Shown in pieces: positions 59,539 through 64,000 of a DNA stretch of 64,000 bases. The position numbers and the translations under genes were made by a program. Position 1 is the stretch's first letter, and every line of letters starts with the position of its first letter. Location: contig PGXL01000009.1 in assembly GCA_002839095.1 (NCBI GenBank), positions 2,444 to 66,443 on the forward strand. Direction: 5' to 3'. The DNA is from Tenericutes bacterium HGW-Tenericutes-2. Its GTDB lineage: Bacteria; Bacillota_I; Bacilli_A; Acholeplasmatales; Acholeplasmataceae. The notes under the pieces are model-generated. The model did not search any database and had not been told where the DNA came from. It saw only the letters and a list, made by a program, of their open reading frames with translations.

Positions 59539-60441
59539 ATGAAAAAAATATTACTCATCATTCTTTTATCTTTCATCCTATTTGGATGCAAGAAGGATGA
59601 TTCAATTACAATCATTGTTCCATATGGTAGTCCAAAGCTTGCTCAACTCTATCTAGAAAATTCTGATGATTATCAAGTGGATGTAGTCAATGGAGCAGAT
59701 CCATTAGTTGCAGCATTCGGTTCATCTTCACATGATGTTATTTTCGCACCAACCAATTTAGGTGCGAAAATGTATCAATCTAAGGATTCATATCAATTAC
59801 TTGCAACCATAGTTTGGGGTAATTATTACTTAGTTTCTAGTGAAGAGCAAGAATTTAATATTTCATCACTTGATGGAAAAAGAATTACTGTTTTTGGAAA
59901 GAATCAAACCTCAGACATTATTTTGACTTACCTTCTTCAAGAGCTAGATATAGAAGTAGAAATAACATATGTGGATTCAGTTAGCTCAGCAGCTCAGCTA
60001 TTTCTTTCTTCTCAAGAAAGTATTGTTTTGTTAGCTGAACCAGTTTATTCTAATGTCATGAGCCAGCTACCTCAAACAAAAACGATAGACATTCAAGAGC
60101 TTTATCAAAGTGTTACAGGTAAAGATTCATATCCCCAATCCGGAGTATTTATTAAGAGAAATTTGGAGCAATCCAAGATTTTAAAAATTCAAAATGATTT
60201 GATAGAATCTATTGAAAAAACGAATCAATATCCCTTGGATGCTGCACAACTTGCAGTAGAGCTTCAAATGGGATTAACTAGTGAAATTATAGCAAGTGCT
60301 ATTTTAAATAGTAATTTGCGGTATGTATCTGCTAAAAACTCAAAAGAGGATATAGTTTCTTATTTTGGGTTAATCCTAAGCATGAATCCAGCATTAATTG
60401 GTGGTCAGCTACCAAATGACTTATTTTACAATGGTGATTAG
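59539..60441 (+). CDS. ABC transporter substrate-binding lipoprotein (NMT1/SsuA-like, NitT/TauT family)
   Basis: AGGAGA SD; lipobox LFGC; periplasmic-binding fold type 2 features; no terminator after hydA. Confidence 0.65.
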   Translation: MKKILLIILLSFILFGCKKDDSITIIVPYGSPKLAQLYLENSDDYQVDVVNGADPLVAAFGSSSHDVIFAPTNLGAKMYQSKDSYQLLATIVWGNYYLVSSEEQEFNISSLDGKRITVFGKNQTSDIILTYLLQELDIEVEITYVDSVSSAAQLFLSSQESIVLLAEPVYSNVMSQLPQTKTIDIQELYQSVTGKDSYPQSGVFIKRNLEQSKILKIQNDLIESIEKTNQYPLDAAQLAVELQMGLTSEIIASAILNSNLRYVSAKNSKEDIVSYFGLILSMNPALIGGQLPNDLFYNGD

Positions 60442-61176
60442 ATGAAAAAGACGATTTGGATATCCAGCTCAATATTTGTTTTATTTCTTATTTGGGTTTT
60501 GACATATCAAGTCATCGATCATCCGTTGATTATGCCATCACCGCAAGCAGTTTTTTTGTCATTATTCAATATATTAACAAATTTGGATTCTTTAGGTATC
60601 ATTTTAGCGTCTATTTTTAGATTGATTATATCCATTGTCTTATCAACAGTATTAGGAATCATTCTCGGTATGCTATCTGGTCTTTACCAAAAAGTCTCAT
60701 GGGTAATGAAGCCATACGTTACTATTTTAAGAACAATTCCAGTCATATCGATTATTGTGATCCTACTCATTTTATTTGGTTACCGAATCACACCATTTGT
60801 AATTACCTTCTTAATGGTTTTTCCAATCGTGTTTCAAGCAGCAGAATCAGGTATAAAAGCTATTAATCACGAGTTAATTGATGTTTATCGATTAGAGGAG
60901 CACCACTTTTTTATCTCACTTAAATTTTTATATTTTCCAATGATTCAAAAATATCTAATCCTTTCCTTTCTCCAATCCTTTGGGTTAGGCTTAAAGGTGT
61001 TAGTCATGGCAGAATACCTAGGACAAACTAGAAATTCCATTGGTAATTCGCTATACCTAGCAAGAATGAACTTAGACTATTCAGCAGTATTTGCTTGGAC
61101 GATTTTATTAATTTTAATCTCGTTTGGAATAGAATATATAGTCCATTACTACCAGTTAAGGAAACTTGTTGATTAG
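60442..61176 (+). CDS. ABC transporter permease (NitT/TauT family, BPD_transp_1)
   Basis: 6 TM with EAA-like loop (AESGIKAINHELIDVYRL); start abuts SBP stop; no ATPase gene adjacent. Confidence 0.7.
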   Translation: MKKTIWISSSIFVLFLIWVLTYQVIDHPLIMPSPQAVFLSLFNILTNLDSLGIILASIFRLIISIVLSTVLGIILGMLSGLYQKVSWVMKPYVTILRTIPVISIIVILLILFGYRITPFVITFLMVFPIVFQAAESGIKAINHELIDVYRLEEHHFFISLKFLYFPMIQKYLILSFLQSFGLGLKVLVMAEYLGQTRNSIGNSLYLARMNLDYSAVFAWTILLILISFGIEYIVHYYQLRKLVD

Positions 61177-61210
61177 TTATTTTTTATTTCTTTAATCGTT
61201 ATCAAATCAA

Positions 61211-61239
61211 TTGAAATTGAAATTGTTTTCATGTATAAT
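61211..61239 (+). promoter_or_regulatory. Strong sigma-70 type promoter (extended -10) driving short GC-rich transcript
   Basis: -35 TTGAAA, 17-nt spacer, TGtATAAT. Confidence 0.65.
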
Positions 61240-61245
61240 ACTATT

Positions 61246-61324
61246 GTTTCCCTTCCCTTTTGTGAGGGGCGACGCGTGAATTGGTCCTAGTGTCTACATC
61301 CCCCCCAGACATTAGGACTTTTTA
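61246..61324 (+). ncRNA. Candidate small RNA (~78 nt, GC-rich) ending in intrinsic terminator
   Basis: Between promoter above and hairpin ggtcctagtgtct...agacattaggac + T5 (61284-61323); local GC ~55% versus ~30% genome background; no match to riboswitch consensus I know. Confidence 0.35.
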
Positions 61325-61403
61325 TTTTAATCAAGAACCTATCTCTCTTTTCATGTATGATATAATTAGTGTATAAGAATAATGATATGAATCGAGGAAA
61401 AAT

Positions 61404-62159
61404 ATGGCACTATTTGAATGTAATATTAAGTCAGATGTTCTAGAATTAAACGTAGCAGTGAATGTTATTATTCCACAAGACGTAAAAAAAGGAGAAAAGC
61501 TGCAAGCAGTCTATCTCCTTCATGGATATATTGGAAATCATACAGATTGGTGTAGATATAGCTCTGTCGAACGCTATGCATGGGAGCATAGATTCGCAAT
61601 CATTATGCCTGGTGTGAATAATAGCTATTATTCGAATACCAAATTTGGACAAAAATATTTAGACTATGTTTCCATTGAACTACCAGAAATCATATCAAGA
61701 ATGTTTCCGATATCTGACAAAAGAGAGGATAATTTTGTTTGCGGTTTATCCATGGGAGGATATGGAGCACTTAGAGTTGCTCTACATAATCCAAAGAGAT
61801 TCTCTAAGGCTGCGAGTCTTTCAGGAGCTGTAAATATTGATTCCATTAAAAAGCTAGTTGAAGATACTCCAAGAAAGCACTTTACAAACGCAACCTTTGG
61901 TGAAGCCTCAACAAAAGATACAGAAAATGATTTACTATATCTCATTCAAACACATCAAAAAAATAAACAGGAGCTACCAAATATTTATCTTGCTTGCGGT
62001 ACAGAAGATTTTTTGTATAAGGATAATCTAGAATTTAAGAGAGCATTGGATCATTTAAAGATGCCTTACACCTATGAGGAATCTAAGGGAGATCATAACT
62101 GGGCATTTTGGGATGAATATTTGCAAAAAGTATTATATTGGCTAGAAAAAAAGGTCTAA
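61404..62159 (+). CDS. Esterase family protein (esterase D / tributyrin esterase-like alpha/beta hydrolase)
   Basis: Nucleophile elbow GLSMGGYGAL, esterase-D-like N-terminus; own extended -10 (TGaTATAAT). Confidence 0.8.
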   Translation: MALFECNIKSDVLELNVAVNVIIPQDVKKGEKLQAVYLLHGYIGNHTDWCRYSSVERYAWEHRFAIIMPGVNNSYYSNTKFGQKYLDYVSIELPEIISRMFPISDKREDNFVCGLSMGGYGALRVALHNPKRFSKAASLSGAVNIDSIKKLVEDTPRKHFTNATFGEASTKDTENDLLYLIQTHQKNKQELPNIYLACGTEDFLYKDNLEFKRALDHLKMPYTYEESKGDHNWAFWDEYLQKVLYWLEKKV

Positions 62160-62175
62160 AATTTAGACCTTTTTG
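62152..62175. terminator. Bidirectional terminator between convergent esterase genes
   Basis: aggtcta-(aaatt)-tagacct + T-run; contains both stop codons. Confidence 0.75.
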
Positions 62176-62945
62176 TTTATCCAAAGTACAAATTCCTTAA
62201 ATACTTTTCTCCATGCAAGCTCATTGTGTTTATCATCTGTTTCAATATAGAATATATCACTTACATTTTTACTTTCTAGCAAACTCTTCAAGTTTCTACT
62301 ATTATTTAAATATATTTCACTAAAGCTAGGATTACTTTCATCTGAACTTTCCTTTTTACCAATGGATATAAAGTATCTTTGATCAGAATCAATATCAGCA
62401 GATTCTAAAAAATTTAAGAAATCAGGTTCATTAAACCACGATGCGAGTGAGAAAACACCAATGACTGAAAATACATTTGGATATTTTACTCCAATATAAG
62501 TAGAAATATAGGCTCCCATTGAGCTACCTGCTATCATTGTATGTTCATAATCTGCTAGGGTTCTATAGATTTGGTCGATATAGGGCTTCACCTGATTAAC
62601 AACGAAGTCAGCATAAACATCTCCTAATCCACCAGTATCAATTGCTGTAATTTTTTTAACCTCAGGAACACTTTTCCAAGGTGAATACTCAAATAATCTT
62701 AGCTCTGAATTATCAATACCAACAACAATCATTTGATCTAGCTTTAAATCCTTCAAGGTTTCATCAATACCCCAAGAATGACCTCCATAAGATGTTTCAT
62801 CCTCAAACAAATTTTGTCCATCATGCATGTAGAGTACAGGATACTTTTGATTCGAGTTTTCATATCCTTCTGGAAGAAGAACACGTAGTGTACGTGGTTG
62901 ATTAGAAGTTAGTATAGGTAATTGAAGGAGTTGAATATTTTTCAT
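62163..62945 (-). CDS. Alpha/beta hydrolase, putative esterase (PF00756-like)
   Basis: AGAGAGG SD; nucleophile elbow AGSSMGAYIS; 260 aa. Confidence 0.75.
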   Translation of the reverse strand: MKNIQLLQLPILTSNQPRTLRVLLPEGYENSNQKYPVLYMHDGQNLFEDETSYGGHSWGIDETLKDLKLDQMIVVGIDNSELRLFEYSPWKSVPEVKKITAIDTGGLGDVYADFVVNQVKPYIDQIYRTLADYEHTMIAGSSMGAYISTYIGVKYPNVFSVIGVFSLASWFNEPDFLNFLESADIDSDQRYFISIGKKESSDESNPSFSEIYLNNSRNLKSLLESKNVSDIFYIETDDKHNELAWRKVFKEFVLWINKKV

Positions 62946-63044
62946 AAAATAACCTCTCTTTTATCTCATTGTATCATGTTATATATTTCTTTTCTATTGC
63001 CAATGAAATTATGGTAAAATTATAATATACGTAGGAGGTACATT

Positions 63045-63977
63045 ATGAAACACACGCACTACGCAAACACAAACAAATTAATTAATCGTTTAGGATTTGG
63101 AGCATGGCAGTTAGGTAATACTGACTTTTGGGGACATATGTCAATGGAAGATGGAGTAGAGTTAGTCAATTATGCAATCCAAAAAGGGATTCATTTTTTC
63201 GATACCGCACCTGGCTATGCAGCAGGTATGAGTGAAAGAATCATCGGAATGGCAACAGCAAATCAAAGAAATCAGGTTGTTATCAACACCAAGCTAGGAC
63301 ATACTGCCGATGGTGAAACAGATTTCTCAGTATTCTCCCTCAAGGAACAAATTTATGACAGTATGGAAAGACTTCAAACAGATTATATCGATTCAGTTAT
63401 TCTTCATAATCCAAGCATGGATATATTAGAGGGAAAGACACTTCATTTTCAAGAATTAAAGAAATTGAAGGAAGAAGGTATGATTAGAGCTTATGGTGTA
63501 TCTATTGATACCTATGAAGAGCTAAAGGCTGTCATAGACAATCTTCAAATTGATGTTGTTGAAATTCTTTTCAACATCTTTTTCCAAGAGCCTGCAAGAT
63601 TATTTAAAAAGGCAAAGGATAAAGGGATTTCATTAATCGCAAAGGTTCCACTAGACTCAGGATGGTTAACTGGAAAATATGATGAATTCTCAGAATTCGA
63701 AGGTATCCGTTCAAGATGGGATGATGAAACTATTAGTAGAAGAGCATCTCTAGTTAGAGAAGTTAAAACGATTACTGGAGCAAACGATATAACAAAATAT
63801 GCAATCGCATTCGTTCTAAGCTTTCCAGAAATCACTGCAGTTATTCCAGGAATCAAAACGAAAGAACAATTGGATGATCATTTAATCAATTCTACATTTG
63901 TTTTAGACAATACCATCAAAAAAGAATTAGTTGATCTATACAAAAGACGGATTCAAAAAGATCCTCTATATTGGTAA
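63045..63977 (+). CDS. Aldo/keto reductase family oxidoreductase
   Basis: GTAGGAGG SD; AKR motifs (FFDTAPGYAAG, catalytic tetrad context D..Y..K..H: HNPSMD), 310 aa. Confidence 0.85.
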   Translation: MKHTHYANTNKLINRLGFGAWQLGNTDFWGHMSMEDGVELVNYAIQKGIHFFDTAPGYAAGMSERIIGMATANQRNQVVINTKLGHTADGETDFSVFSLKEQIYDSMERLQTDYIDSVILHNPSMDILEGKTLHFQELKKLKEEGMIRAYGVSIDTYEELKAVIDNLQIDVVEILFNIFFQEPARLFKKAKDKGISLIAKVPLDSGWLTGKYDEFSEFEGIRSRWDDETISRRASLVREVKTITGANDITKYAIAFVLSFPEITAVIPGIKTKEQLDDHLINSTFVLDNTIKKELVDLYKRRIQKDPLYW

Positions 63978-64000
63978 TTCATAGCACAATAAAGCCAATT

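Noticed and set aside
61246-61324. Assignment of the GC-rich element to a known riboswitch class (c-di-GMP-I/II, fluoride, preQ1, guanidine-II/III, SAM-II)
   Set aside because: None of the consensus cores I can recall (for example GGnGAUGGnGUUC for fluoride, paired ACGR loops for guanidine-II) is present. It is left as an unclassified candidate sRNA.
61446-63856. ORFs 61446-61652, 61664-61945, 62681-62905, 63545-63856
   Set aside because: Antisense to the two esterase genes and the aldo/keto reductase; spurious.

Overview
This is an AT-rich chromosomal window of roughly 30% GC. The content (short N-domain-less ClpB, HppA, [FeFe]-hydrogenase, many GGDEF proteins) suggests a low-GC Firmicutes/Mollicutes-like anaerobe, possibly Erysipelotrichia- or Acholeplasmatales-like. 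It opens with the 3' end of a 5S rRNA and a tRNA-Asn. A 4-tRNA cluster (Glu-Arg-Pro-Gly) sits at 9.8-10.2 kb and an isolated tRNA-Cys at 35.5 kb. About 60 genes are packed densely on both strands. There are no transposases, integrases or CRISPR arrays. I can support the following gene content.

- **Energy, metals, nucleotide salvage:** membrane H+/Na+-pyrophosphatase HppA; a P1B-4-type (SPC motif) heavy-metal ATPase; uridine kinase, an MTA/SAH nucleosidase and Upp.
- **c-di-GMP signalling:** three GGDEF proteins within 8 kb (one 5TM-PAS-GGDEF-HD-GYP, one GGDEF-EAL, one GGDEF) around pyruvate kinase and a MATE exporter.
- **Proteases and membrane microdomain:** an M29 aminopeptidase and an S9 peptidase; NfeD plus flotillin; an S8 subtilase with Listeria-Bacteroides repeats and a downstream Ig-like (DUF5011) lipoprotein.
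- **Candidate nuclease module:** a ClpB, LMW-PTP and tRNA-Cys region is followed by a tight NYN-LOTUS / Smr / membrane-protein tricistron, then CorA.
- **Carbamoyl-phosphate catabolic locus:** a PucR-type regulator, two paralogous AzgA-like permeases flanking an isochorismatase-family hydrolase, then DUF2877 / FdrA / DUF1116 (AllH / AllF / AllG-like, putative oxamate carbamoyltransferase) and carbamate kinase.
- **Hydrogenase operon:** two tandem GntR/UTRA regulators sit divergently upstream of a 9-gene electron-bifurcating HydABC-type operon. Five uncharacterised regulatory-looking genes (DRTGG, anti-sigma-like HATPase, DRTGG, PHP, HATPase) are embedded between hydC and hydB. HydA carries an unusual TSCSP variant of the H-cluster L1 motif.
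- **Downstream of hydA:** an ATPase-less ABC transporter pair, a GC-rich candidate small RNA with its own strong promoter and terminator, two esterases and an aldo/keto reductase.

The hydrogenase-associated module, the TSCSP variant, the AllFGH-like locus with its non-canonical neighbours, and the NYN/Smr/membrane cluster are the most noteworthy items.
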